Positions 36,795 to 45,570 of a DNA stretch of 64,000 nucleotides are shown piece by piece. How positions within the stretch are numbered: the first letter of the stretch is position 1; each line of letters starts with the position of its first letter. A model generated the notes under the pieces. It was not told the origin of the DNA. It worked only from the letters and a program-made list of their open reading frames with translations, and ran no database searches. Source of the stretch: a virus. Its lineage: Duplodnaviria > Heunggongvirae > Uroviricota > Caudoviricetes. Where the stretch lies: positions 64,001 through 128,000 of the IMG/VR virus record IMGVR_UViG_3300044655_003531; one strand, written 5' to 3'. The position numbers were made by a program, and so were the translations under genes.

Positions 36795-36803
36795 GTCTTT
36801 TCC

Positions 36804-37244
36804 TTATTTGATTGTATTACCCCTGAGGTAATCTTCCAAGGCTATTCTTTGACGGATCCCATATAGCATATGGTCTACAGTTTGAACTGTTTGATCAATA
36901 TATTTTCTATGGCCCTCAACTAGTTCAATTTTCTGATTAATCTCGGCCACCTCACCCTCTATCATTGTTTTTAAATCATTAGAACCATACCGAACATCTT
37001 TGTTCTCCTGGTAATCCTTCATTTTTCTAGCCCTCTCCTGTCTTTCTTTGGAGGACAGTTTGGTAACGATGGTTGCTAACTTAAAGCCATATTCAATCAG
37101 GATTTGTCGAGTAGTAAAAAGATCGATCTGGGCTTCCGCCACGGTATGAATGTTTTTAAGACTGAACGAAATCCCCTGAATTTTTTCTCTCCAATCGGCT
37201 CTTTCCTCTTCGAATAGTTTGACAAAATCTTTTTCTGACGACAT
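36804..37244 (-). CDS. uvsY: UvsY-like recombination mediator
   Basis: 146-aa helical protein directly upstream of uvsW, ending YGIRQRIALEDY; T4-like synteny. Confidence 0.6.
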   Translation of the reverse strand: MSSEKDFVKLFEEERADWREKIQGISFSLKNIHTVAEAQIDLFTTRQILIEYGFKLATIVTKLSSKERQERARKMKDYQENKDVRYGSNDLKTMIEGEVAEINQKIELVEGHRKYIDQTVQTVDHMLYGIRQRIALEDYLRGNTIK

Positions 37245-37248
37245 AGTG

Positions 37249-37452
37249 TTAAAATAAGCCTCCTTTGCTCTTTTTATTTTTTCCTAGCTCTACCATCTGG
37301 CAGCGATTTACTTTTTTGACAGGTTTTGGCATTTGAAAGTTTTCTTCAATGTTTTCTAAATTGTCCAGATCTTGAACCTCGTGCAAGGTACAAGGAAATT
37401 TTAGTTTGGGAGGTGATTTTGGTTTCTCCTCTGGTGTGTAGTTGATGAACAT
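37249..37452 (-). CDS. Small hypothetical protein
   Basis: 67 aa; stop/start overlap with the primase gene. Confidence 0.55.
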   Translation of the reverse strand: MFINYTPEEKPKSPPKLKFPCTLHEVQDLDNLENIEENFQMPKPVKKVNRCQMVELGKNKKSKGGLF

Positions 37453-38516
37453 TAAGTTGTAACGAACGAAACTAGATCTAGTACCTCGGAGGTAAAGTAT
37501 CCATCGAATCTTTTTATTTTAATTGATTTTTCTCTCAAATAATTAACTAGATCATTCAAATCCCATTTTCTATTTTCAGGTATAGAATTTTCTTCCAGAA
37601 ATTTTTTCCAGTTAAAAACAGAATGTCCTTGCGTCAGAAGCTCCGATGTTTTCCTTCTGCCTGCATCATCCCAGTCATACCAATATCGGACATCATCAAA
37701 CTCGAAAGGAAATTTGTTTTCTACGGAGCAAAGGGCAACTGAATTCTTCCAAAGCCAGGCATCCATTGGCCCCTCGAAGATGGTGATGGTGTGGTCAAAA
37801 GAAACCTGAAAGAGGTTGAACACATGGGAAACTGGATCTATCTTTGTGCATTGTTTCAAGAACTCGACATCTCTAACCCCTAAAAGCTTTTCCCAAATGC
37901 CGGACAACTTGTAAGTGTAATATTTAGATCCCCCCTTTTGCAGGGACATGTTTCTCAATTGGAGACCCACCACCTCATTATGATTGGTCAAATTAAATAG
38001 AAATAATCTCTCCTGTTTAGGGTCCCAGGCAAATCTGTGATCTGTAGGCTGATTCCTACGGCGTAAATATGATTCGACTTGAGAACCTTCTACTTCCACT
38101 AGAGAAAGTCTTTTCATCAATTCCTTTCGGGAAATGACATATTTCTTGAAATCAAGATTGAAAAGCAGAGAAAAATCAAAAGAACCATATAAAGTTTTTC
38201 TTTTTTCTTTATTTTCTCTAATGATATCTAGAATATCTTTTTTTTCTTCTTGAGTCAAATCTGAGGCCACTCCAAAATCGCGAAAAAAAGCGTACCCATC
38301 TTTGAAAACCCCACATCCTCCGTTGTAACATTTGTAGGCAAAAGTGTTGGTGTAAAAATTGCCTCTTTTCTTTCTGGCATCGTCACTATCACCACAATAG
38401 GGACAAGAAAAATTTAATCTATTACCGGCTTGAAAAATTTTCTGTTTTCCACCTTCACCCGGAAAGGCATTATGGAGTGAATGTCCAATCAGAGATTTAA
38501 TTCTTTCTAGTTCCAT
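37452..38516 (-). CDS. DNA primase (gp61-like)
   Basis: Zn finger FSCPYCGDS...YKCYNGGC; TOPRIM FEGPMD and WYDWD. Confidence 0.88.
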   Translation of the reverse strand: MELERIKSLIGHSLHNAFPGEGGKQKIFQAGNRLNFSCPYCGDSDDARKKRGNFYTNTFAYKCYNGGCGVFKDGYAFFRDFGVASDLTQEEKKDILDIIRENKEKRKTLYGSFDFSLLFNLDFKKYVISRKELMKRLSLVEVEGSQVESYLRRRNQPTDHRFAWDPKQERLFLFNLTNHNEVVGLQLRNMSLQKGGSKYYTYKLSGIWEKLLGVRDVEFLKQCTKIDPVSHVFNLFQVSFDHTITIFEGPMDAWLWKNSVALCSVENKFPFEFDDVRYWYDWDDAGRRKTSELLTQGHSVFNWKKFLEENSIPENRKWDLNDLVNYLREKSIKIKRFDGYFTSEVLDLVSFVTT

Positions 38517-38530
38517 AGATCCTGTAAATT

Positions 38531-38565
38531 AAAAAAAGAGGAGAACCTCCCCAGGTTCTCCTCTT
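38531..38565 (-). terminator. Rho-independent terminator after the SSB gene
   Basis: Perfect 13-bp stem AAGAGGAGAACCT/AGGTTCTCCTCTT, 4-nt loop, U tract on the minus strand. Confidence 0.9.
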
Positions 38566-38583
38566 ACCCCAACACATTAAAAA

Positions 38584-39582
38584 TTAAAGATCTGCGTAAA
38601 GATCATCCAAAGTGGAAGCAGAGACAGGTGAAGATGGTCTCTTGATTCCTGCTTTAGTCTTTTCTTCGGGTTCTGGACTTTTGCCCACCGAGGTTGAAGA
38701 AGCTTCTTCAAAAATGTCGTTCGTCGTAGGCTGGTAAACAGGGGAAGCTGTAGGGACCGAATATCCACCTCCAGAACTTTTAGAATCTGATTTGTTAACA
38801 CCAGCCAAGATTTCGTTGACTAACCTTCCATCGGGTACTGTGTTTTTAATGACATTCATTACCCTTTGAGTTGTGTCCTCGTCCCACTCTCTATAATCGA
38901 AGGCGGTAAGATTCTTAGGACCTGTTTCCAGGTATTCAAGGATCACCCTCATATCTTCCGGTGTTTTCTTCATTTTTCTGCCATTGATTTCAATAGGACA
39001 TTTATCACCTACAAAAGAACAAAGATCGTAGTTGTTCCACTCCCCAACTTTTCTAGAGTGAACAGAGAAGAGTTTACCTCCAAACAGATCAAATGGATTA
39101 CAGGGTTCTCCGTATTCGGGTTTTAATTGGGCCTCCAGAGTTTCATTTAATTTTTTGCCAAATTTGAAGATCATGATTTTACCTTCAAGATCTGGATTGT
39201 TCTTGTCCTGAACAACTTGAATCAAGGAATAGTAATCTTCCTTTCGACTGAACCCTTTGGCCAATTCCTGATCGGCTGCAGAATGTGAATTCTTGAGCTT
39301 CCAGAAAATATCTTTTAAGATGGATTTTTTACCCACCGTTGATGGACAGTCAACTGAAAATCCCTCGCCAGTTTTTGGATCGGTCAAATACACATAATAT
39401 TTGTGGATCTTGGATTTGGCAGGATCTGCCTGATTGGGTAAAAATCTGATGAGAGATTTGTAGACTCCATCTTTACCTGATTCTGGGTAAGGCTTGTAGA
39501 ATTCAAGGTCCTTGCCCTCTTTTTCCTTAGATTTCGTAATAAAATTGTCCAAATCTAAATTAAAAATGTCTAAATTTTCCAT
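38584..39582 (-). CDS. Single-stranded DNA-binding protein (gp32-like)
   Basis: IRFLP, IFKFGKK, PFDLFGG, WNNYD, acidic C-terminal LDDLYADL. Confidence 0.85.
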   Translation of the reverse strand: MENLDIFNLDLDNFITKSKEKEGKDLEFYKPYPESGKDGVYKSLIRFLPNQADPAKSKIHKYYVYLTDPKTGEGFSVDCPSTVGKKSILKDIFWKLKNSHSAADQELAKGFSRKEDYYSLIQVVQDKNNPDLEGKIMIFKFGKKLNETLEAQLKPEYGEPCNPFDLFGGKLFSVHSRKVGEWNNYDLCSFVGDKCPIEINGRKMKKTPEDMRVILEYLETGPKNLTAFDYREWDEDTTQRVMNVIKNTVPDGRLVNEILAGVNKSDSKSSGGGYSVPTASPVYQPTTNDIFEEASSTSVGKSPEPEEKTKAGIKRPSSPVSASTLDDLYADL

Positions 39583-39647
39583 AATTTCTTTAATTTTTTT
39601 AAGTTTGATCTTTTAATGGAGAGAATAATAAAAAGTTTCACCCCTTT

Positions 39648-40334
39648 TTATATATCCTTTGAAAATTTTTTTTCTGATGACATGAGGTATAGACAGATCC
39701 AGGTGGCATCGATTAGATCATCGAGAGGCTTTTGAACTACCTTACTGGATGAGATCCAAGTGGAAGCTCCTGCTCTCAATGTATCTAAGAAATTGTTCAG
39801 ACCAGTCTCAAGATCTCTTTTTTCTAACAGGGCATGATAGAGCTCGTCTTTTTTACAGTTTCCCTTATAGGCATATTTTTTAATGGCAGTAGGAGAATAA
39901 ACATAAAAGTTGTCGAAGCCAGTCCTCGTGATTATTCTTTCTCTGAGTAGGGCCGTAGCCATAGAAATATCAATTAACGAATTTCCGTTAGAGGCAAAGC
40001 TCAAACCCTCCATCGCAATCACTAGTTCATCTTCAGGCTCTAACTGAGAAATAAGATGATGCCACAGGGTGTCTACAATTTGGATGTAGTTCTGCATCTT
40101 TGCTCTTTCTTTTTCCGGATAAGAATCAGGAAATGACAATTTATTCAAAAAAAGCAAATGCACATCAGGCATTTGCTCTAAGACAGAATAGGGTTTGATT
40201 GCGGATTTAATAAGAGATTGCTGGGTTCTATCTGATCTAGTAATAGACAGCCAACTGTAGTTGCCATTTTTATACAAACAATAGGCAGGGGAATTAAGAG
40301 AAAAATCTATCCCAACGTAAATTGGATTGGACAC
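39648..40334 (-). CDS. RuvC-like (RNase H fold) nuclease / Holliday junction resolvase
   Basis: YVGIDFS, IAMEG, DDLIDA acidic tetrad. Confidence 0.75.
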   Translation of the reverse strand: MSNPIYVGIDFSLNSPAYCLYKNGNYSWLSITRSDRTQQSLIKSAIKPYSVLEQMPDVHLLFLNKLSFPDSYPEKERAKMQNYIQIVDTLWHHLISQLEPEDELVIAMEGLSFASNGNSLIDISMATALLRERIITRTGFDNFYVYSPTAIKKYAYKGNCKKDELYHALLEKRDLETGLNNFLDTLRAGASTWISSSKVVQKPLDDLIDATWICLYLMSSEKKFSKDI

Positions 40335-40344
40335 CTAAACAGAT

Positions 40345-40590
40345 TTAAAGGTTTGCTGGGACTGCTTCCCCAACTTTACCCGTGTAATTATAAACTTTCA
40401 CCAAATTATCGTAGCATTTTTTCATCTGCTCATCAGTAAGACAATCCACTATATCATTTAAGACCCTTTGATCGTTACCCGAGGCGGCAACTAGAAGATT
40501 TTTCATATGCTGCTTCAGGTCACTTTCCCCGTACATCGGCTGACCGTATTTCATTTCATTTACTCTGGCTAGTTCTGAGAATTTTTTCAT
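40345..40590 (-). CDS. Small capsid-tagged hypothetical protein
   Basis: MKKFSELARVNE; GATATATA at 40609-40616. Confidence 0.7.
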   Translation of the reverse strand: MKKFSELARVNEMKYGQPMYGESDLKQHMKNLLVAASGNDQRVLNDIVDCLTDEQMKKCYDNLVKVYNYTGKVGEAVPANL

Positions 40591-40615
40591 GGATGTGTTT
40601 GTTTTACTTATATAT

Positions 40616-41176
40616 CTAATTTGTTTTCTGGACTTCTGAATTCAGTTCCATAAAATTACATTTAAAGCCCACGGTAAAAGTTGAAACTGTAGGGGCATTA
40701 GCGGTGTAATTTAAATCAATGTTGTTGACTGAGGTAAGAGTTACTTCTTTAAAAAGAACTGAAATAACTACTCCCCCCTCATTATCTAAGATTCGAAGAG
40801 GTAAGATAGGAGTGAACAGGGCATCGTTTTGAAAGGCCAGTTTATCTAAGACAGTTTCCAACATGATAAAGTAATTCACAAATCCTTCACTGATCCTAAA
40901 AGAAACAGAGAAATCTCTGGAGAATAAATCCTGCACAGGGGTTGCACTCTGGTAATTAATCTGTTTGCCGAGATTTCTGGTTTGTGACACTAAATCAATG
41001 TTCATGGTCGGAAAAGAGACAGATTGAATACTGCTGTTCATATAAGAGGTCAGGGTATCGTAGGGGGTGGGCTGTTTTTTCAGATAATCAACCCACTTGG
41101 TCTCTACCGAGCCGGGAAAAAATCCTTTCGGGAAATTGAAATAAAAACTATTCGATCTGACATTTAGTATCGCCAT
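40616..41176 (-). CDS. Probable tail tube / tube-initiator-like protein
   Basis: 186 aa beta-rich (IQSVSFP, FSVSF, FTVGF) at the end of the structural block; no unique motif. Confidence 0.45.
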   Translation of the reverse strand: MAILNVRSNSFYFNFPKGFFPGSVETKWVDYLKKQPTPYDTLTSYMNSSIQSVSFPTMNIDLVSQTRNLGKQINYQSATPVQDLFSRDFSVSFRISEGFVNYFIMLETVLDKLAFQNDALFTPILPLRILDNEGGVVISVLFKEVTLTSVNNIDLNYTANAPTVSTFTVGFKCNFMELNSEVQKTN

Positions 41177-41185
41177 GTTAATGAA

Positions 41186-43711
41186 TTATAAAGTTCCTAA
41201 TCCCCTATCGGGTCTGGGCCTAGGGGATCCGCCGCTCGAAGGAGGAAAGGCAGGAGATGCGCTGCCGCTATCCTGCCCGCTTTGATTGGTGGTACTACCT
41301 CCTCCGGAGGCTGGACCTCCGTTTGTTCTACCCCCTCCTGTATTGCCATATTCATTCAGCAGGGCCAGATCAAAATTGTTGAAAATACCGGTGACCGCAT
41401 CAGTAAAGATCTGTTTTGTAATGCCAGAGTAAATTTGGAATCCAGCTGCTCCGGGGTTGAGGAAATAATCAATAATTTCTGCCGTGGTCCAGCCAAGAGA
41501 GATCTTACCCTGAACATCAGAAGCAATAGCCGATTTAAAAGCTGCCAGGCCCAAGACAGAAAGCGAATTAGCGGAACCAGTGGTGTTTTGCCCTCCTGTG
41601 TTAGAAGAAGTTGCTGTGCTTGAATCGGTCCCTGCCGCAGGGGCAAAGTTTTGCCAAGAACTCTTGCTGTTCTGTACCACTGACGCACTCTCATTTGGAT
41701 TAGATCCCCCAATTGAAATCTGAGGGTTCTTTTGCAACAGAATAGAATCTTGAACAACATTTTGACCGGTGATACCTGGGGTTGGAAGTGGTTCACCATC
41801 CTTCAGCCAATTGCCATAGTACAGGACGGAAGCAGAATTAGCAGAAATCCTGGCGGTACCTAGATTTGTGTTGGCATTCACAACCTCAGTTGCTGCCAGT
41901 TGAATATCGGAAATAGAATTGCCTAGGGCAAGAGATTTTTTGGCCAACTTGTTTTTAATACCTGTCAATTTTGGAACTGCGTTTTGACCTAGCACAGTGT
42001 TGGTTTCAGCTTGAATGGGCTGATTTGAGATGTAAAATCTTCGATTGCTGAAAGTTAAAACCTGAGTTGCCAGACTTTGATCCAACTTAAATGCCAACTC
42101 ACCTCTGGCGGAATTGGCCAGATTTTTGTCTGAGATGGAAGGAGCAAAAAGTTTATTGTTCTGGTTGTCTATAAAAACAAGTTTAAAAGTGCCCGAGGAG
42201 GTGAGATCAATTAGATCAGTTGTGCCATCGGGATTTTTCTTGAAAAAAGTGAATTTGTAGTAGTTGTCAAAAGGCAGGATGGTAACGTAGGCCTGTCCTA
42301 AACCATAGGCTAGACCGTCAGTGGCACCAGCATCTGCCTGTGTGATGATGTTTCCCTTAACCACCAGATTTGTCAGAGTGGTGTTAACCAGATTCCTTTC
42401 AAAAAACACATTCTGATATTTAATGATCTCTTGGGGTGCAATAGTATTTGCAGGAACAGCAATATTAGATTGGGTGGCTAGTTTATTGTAGATCTTTTGA
42501 GTTTGAGGATAGATCGAAAGTTGAAGGGGAGCAATATAGGTTCCGTATTTGGCAGGATCGTTAGAAGTGTAGGTTGCTATTCTGACTAGTCTCGTTTGAT
42601 TTAGACTGTTGACCAGGGTCATGGTGTATCTAAGGGTAAAACTGGAAGCAAGGGCTGAGTTTCTGACAATGGGTCTGTAAAGGAGAGGTAGGTCGTAGGC
42701 AGTTGTCTGAAGGGTTGAAAAATTGTCGGTTATCAGAAGAGCAGCTCCAATTTGTTCAATGGTCTCAATCTTGTGATCGATGTAGTATTGATTGCCAATA
42801 GAATTTTGAAAGAGAATAAAATTTTCAATGAAGCCTCCATCGTCGGTGGCAAAATACTCGAAGAAATCCCCCGTGTCGGCTGGAGCAATATAGGCACCCA
42901 CATTTTTAAACGGGTCTTCAGTTTCAAGAGACAAAGTTGCATAAAGGTTTGAACCAAGTTTATTGTATCCGTTGACCTGGGTTGTGTCTAAAATTTGCCA
43001 CACGTTGATTCTCATTGGGGCTCCATTGACATATCCCTGGCCGTTTTTACTGGTTTTTCCTGCCAAAGTGTTGGGTTTATTCTGGGCAGAGGCGACGGAA
43101 AACTGATTGTTCATATCCACAAAAGAGGGGATCTTGATCTCAAAGTACTTGTTGTAAATATTCGAACCGATAGTTAAAGGAACTGGGTTGAAAGTGTAGT
43201 TTTGTGCATTACCCGAGCTCAGTTGAACCTGAGAGAAAGTGACATAGCTACCATCTTGACCTAGATATGCAATACTTAGCACCAGACCATCGATGTTTTC
43301 TAGATTGTAACCCTGGAGAATGTGGTACCTCACAGAGTCATAAACAACCGAGATGTCCGAAGGAAAAACTATAGGCAGGTCGGCAGTAGGTGTTAATTTA
43401 GGGTTGAAGTCGTTGTAAGGAACAATCAAATTGGGATTCAGAGAAATAAAAGAATTTTCCGATACTTGAACAACACTGTCTAAAGATGTATTCTGGGTCA
43501 CGCTATAGTTTTCATCCCAGTTGTAAATCTGAACATCGTTCATGGGTGATCCCTTGTACTCCAAAATACCGTTAATTAACTTGTTGAAAGAAACTGTCGG
43601 GTTACCACTGTTAACATTGTAGGTTTCCGGATTAGGTTGGTCAGCATACATGTATTCCAGCACCAAATAAGGGGTGAGCTGAACGTACTTAGAAGTTGTG
43701 GTAAAGGCCAT
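41186..43711 (-). CDS. Virion structural protein (baseplate region)
   Basis: Likely start MAFTTTSKY (43711) after GATAAATA (43723-43730); G/S-rich low-complexity tail. Confidence 0.6.
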   Translation of the reverse strand: MAFTTTSKYVQLTPYLVLEYMYADQPNPETYNVNSGNPTVSFNKLINGILEYKGSPMNDVQIYNWDENYSVTQNTSLDSVVQVSENSFISLNPNLIVPYNDFNPKLTPTADLPIVFPSDISVVYDSVRYHILQGYNLENIDGLVLSIAYLGQDGSYVTFSQVQLSSGNAQNYTFNPVPLTIGSNIYNKYFEIKIPSFVDMNNQFSVASAQNKPNTLAGKTSKNGQGYVNGAPMRINVWQILDTTQVNGYNKLGSNLYATLSLETEDPFKNVGAYIAPADTGDFFEYFATDDGGFIENFILFQNSIGNQYYIDHKIETIEQIGAALLITDNFSTLQTTAYDLPLLYRPIVRNSALASSFTLRYTMTLVNSLNQTRLVRIATYTSNDPAKYGTYIAPLQLSIYPQTQKIYNKLATQSNIAVPANTIAPQEIIKYQNVFFERNLVNTTLTNLVVKGNIITQADAGATDGLAYGLGQAYVTILPFDNYYKFTFFKKNPDGTTDLIDLTSSGTFKLVFIDNQNNKLFAPSISDKNLANSARGELAFKLDQSLATQVLTFSNRRFYISNQPIQAETNTVLGQNAVPKLTGIKNKLAKKSLALGNSISDIQLAATEVVNANTNLGTARISANSASVLYYGNWLKDGEPLPTPGITGQNVVQDSILLQKNPQISIGGSNPNESASVVQNSKSSWQNFAPAAGTDSSTATSSNTGGQNTTGSANSLSVLGLAAFKSAIASDVQGKISLGWTTAEIIDYFLNPGAAGFQIYSGITKQIFTDAVTGIFNNFDLALLNEYGNTGGGRTNGGPASGGGSTTNQSGQDSGSASPAFPPSSGGSPRPRPDRGLGTL

Positions 43712-43725
43712 GTAGATTATTATAT

Positions 43726-44553
43726 TTATCTCCCGAATTGGAGGAAGGTTGGGGTGTAGGTCAGTCCGACAGTGATACCTGGGCCCATGATATAACCGCT
43801 TCTTCCTGCTGCTATCGACCAACCAAAATTTATCCCCACCCCAAACTTTTTTCTGGCTTTTTTGAGAGCTTGACGAGTAGCAGAATCGTCAATCATCTCC
43901 AGAGCTTGTAGATCGGAGAAACTGATTCCCGGAAAATCTGTGGTTGCCCTGACATAAACTCTTCCTGTTTTTGGATCAGTATAAAGACCAGTGACTAGAT
44001 CAATTTTTTGCTCAAAATTCAAAACAACGGGCTGAGAAACAAGTCTGAAATTCAGTTGATATGAACCATCCGGGTTAAGGACTGAATCTGTCACTATGCG
44101 ATAAGGGATTTGTCCTGTGAGGGAGAGAAAGTTATTACCAGGTAATTTCGGTTGGTGTTTGAAGACTAGCTGTTTTGTGCTGTCTCTGATAATTGTTGAA
44201 GTGGGTACCGAAATTCCGGTATCTCTGTAAACTACTTCCGTTTGAATAATAACGCTTGGCTTTTTATTATTCGCCAGCTCTAGTCTGTCTATCAGATCTT
44301 TATTATCCTGAGATAATTCATCGTATTTCAGTTTGAGAGCAGATTTTTCTGCCAGCACACTCCCGAAAGAAGAGCTGAGAATACGAACCGAATCTTGCTT
44401 CGCTAAATAATTATTGTAGTTTCGGGCAGCTTCTTGTTCTGCTTCTTGGGTCAATTCGTATTGTCTCAGCAAAAAAAGACCTGCTAGAAGAAGCAAAATG
44501 AAGAAAAATAAAGATACAACGACTGTGTTAGATCCGGATTCTATTTTATTCAC
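43726..44553 (-). CDS. Membrane-anchored coiled-coil protein (possibly spanin-like)
   Basis: N-terminal TM helix, coiled coil, beta-rich C-terminus ending in F. Confidence 0.45.
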   Translation of the reverse strand: MNKIESGSNTVVVSLFFFILLLLAGLFLLRQYELTQEAEQEAARNYNNYLAKQDSVRILSSSFGSVLAEKSALKLKYDELSQDNKDLIDRLELANNKKPSVIIQTEVVYRDTGISVPTSTIIRDSTKQLVFKHQPKLPGNNFLSLTGQIPYRIVTDSVLNPDGSYQLNFRLVSQPVVLNFEQKIDLVTGLYTDPKTGRVYVRATTDFPGISFSDLQALEMIDDSATRQALKKARKKFGVGINFGWSIAAGRSGYIMGPGITVGLTYTPTFLQFGR

Positions 44554-44791
44554 GGTGATAGATTAATTTGAAGGGTTCCAAAGCACCCGATCCATATTTA
44601 TCGGACAATCTGGTCATAAAAGCTTTTTCTGAATTTCTTAAATTTTCAAGTTTGGTCAGGAGATGACCCGCCTCTGTTTGAAGATTCTTGATTTTACCAT
44701 CCACAATAGAGATGTCTTCTAACACTCTAGAGAATTGTATTTTTAGATCTTCTGCCGAGATCATTTCATCTTGGGTCAAAGGGGTTTGCAT
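44546..44791 (-). CDS. Small coiled-coil hypothetical protein
   Basis: 81 aa, LSDKYGSG motif; GAATATATA at 44813-44821. Confidence 0.65.
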   Translation of the reverse strand: MQTPLTQDEMISAEDLKIQFSRVLEDISIVDGKIKNLQTEAGHLLTKLENLRNSEKAFMTRLSDKYGSGALEPFKLIYHRE

Positions 44792-44847
44792 AAAAAAAAT
44801 TTAAATCCTCTGTATATATTCGGTCCAGAAAAAAACGAACTACGGGG

Positions 44848-45561
44848 TCAGTAATTCTGGATCTGAATAAATTCTAGTTCGGTTAGACTTAAAAAATCAG
44901 AAACTGTCATGAAATTGATCAGAAGATTTTTTTCAGAATTTGCTATCCTTTTGATGATTTTATCGTGTAAATCAACTTCAGAAAAATCAATCATAACCAG
45001 ATGTTCACCAAATAAGAGGGAAGTTTTTTGTGCAGTTCGGGGGGAATCTCTATAATCAAAAACTTGAATTGTGTCCCCTATCTTTTTTTCCATTCTGCTT
45101 ATTTTTACATATTTATGGGAATATTTTCCCTGCAGGGGCGGGCTAATTCTGGGAAAATTCCATTCAGAAGCTGGTGTGTTTTGATTGTGTTCAACTAGAT
45201 CGGATTTGGTTGGTAAAAGACAGGCAACATTGAGATGTGAAACAGTGATATCCACGAGAAGACAGTGTCTATTTAGAGCTAGATTGTAAAGCTTGTGGAG
45301 ATCTGCAGAAATTCGTGACCAATCCGCGATATTAAAATCACAGGCCAAACCCAAATCAAGATCCCACGTCTGAAAATTTTTCCACAGGAAATGCCCGTAA
45401 ATATAGACGTTTTGATATTTAGAAAAAATTTGCTGACAATCAGGATCTAATAAAAATTCTCTAGCGGATGCGTAAGTTAGCATGGGCCAAGGCCAAGTGG
45501 TGATTACCTCCCCTATTTGATACCTGAATTCCTTTCCTTCTTCGTAAAAAATTTTTTCCAC
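44848..45561 (-). CDS. Hypothetical protein, possible minimal nucleotidyltransferase fold
   Basis: YIYGHFLWKNFQTWDLDL (G...DxD) and later LVDI. Confidence 0.45.
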   Translation of the reverse strand: MEKIFYEEGKEFRYQIGEVITTWPWPMLTYASAREFLLDPDCQQIFSKYQNVYIYGHFLWKNFQTWDLDLGLACDFNIADWSRISADLHKLYNLALNRHCLLVDITVSHLNVACLLPTKSDLVEHNQNTPASEWNFPRISPPLQGKYSHKYVKISRMEKKIGDTIQVFDYRDSPRTAQKTSLLFGEHLVMIDFSEVDLHDKIIKRIANSEKNLLINFMTVSDFLSLTELEFIQIQNY

Positions 45562-45570
45562 AACAAAAAA

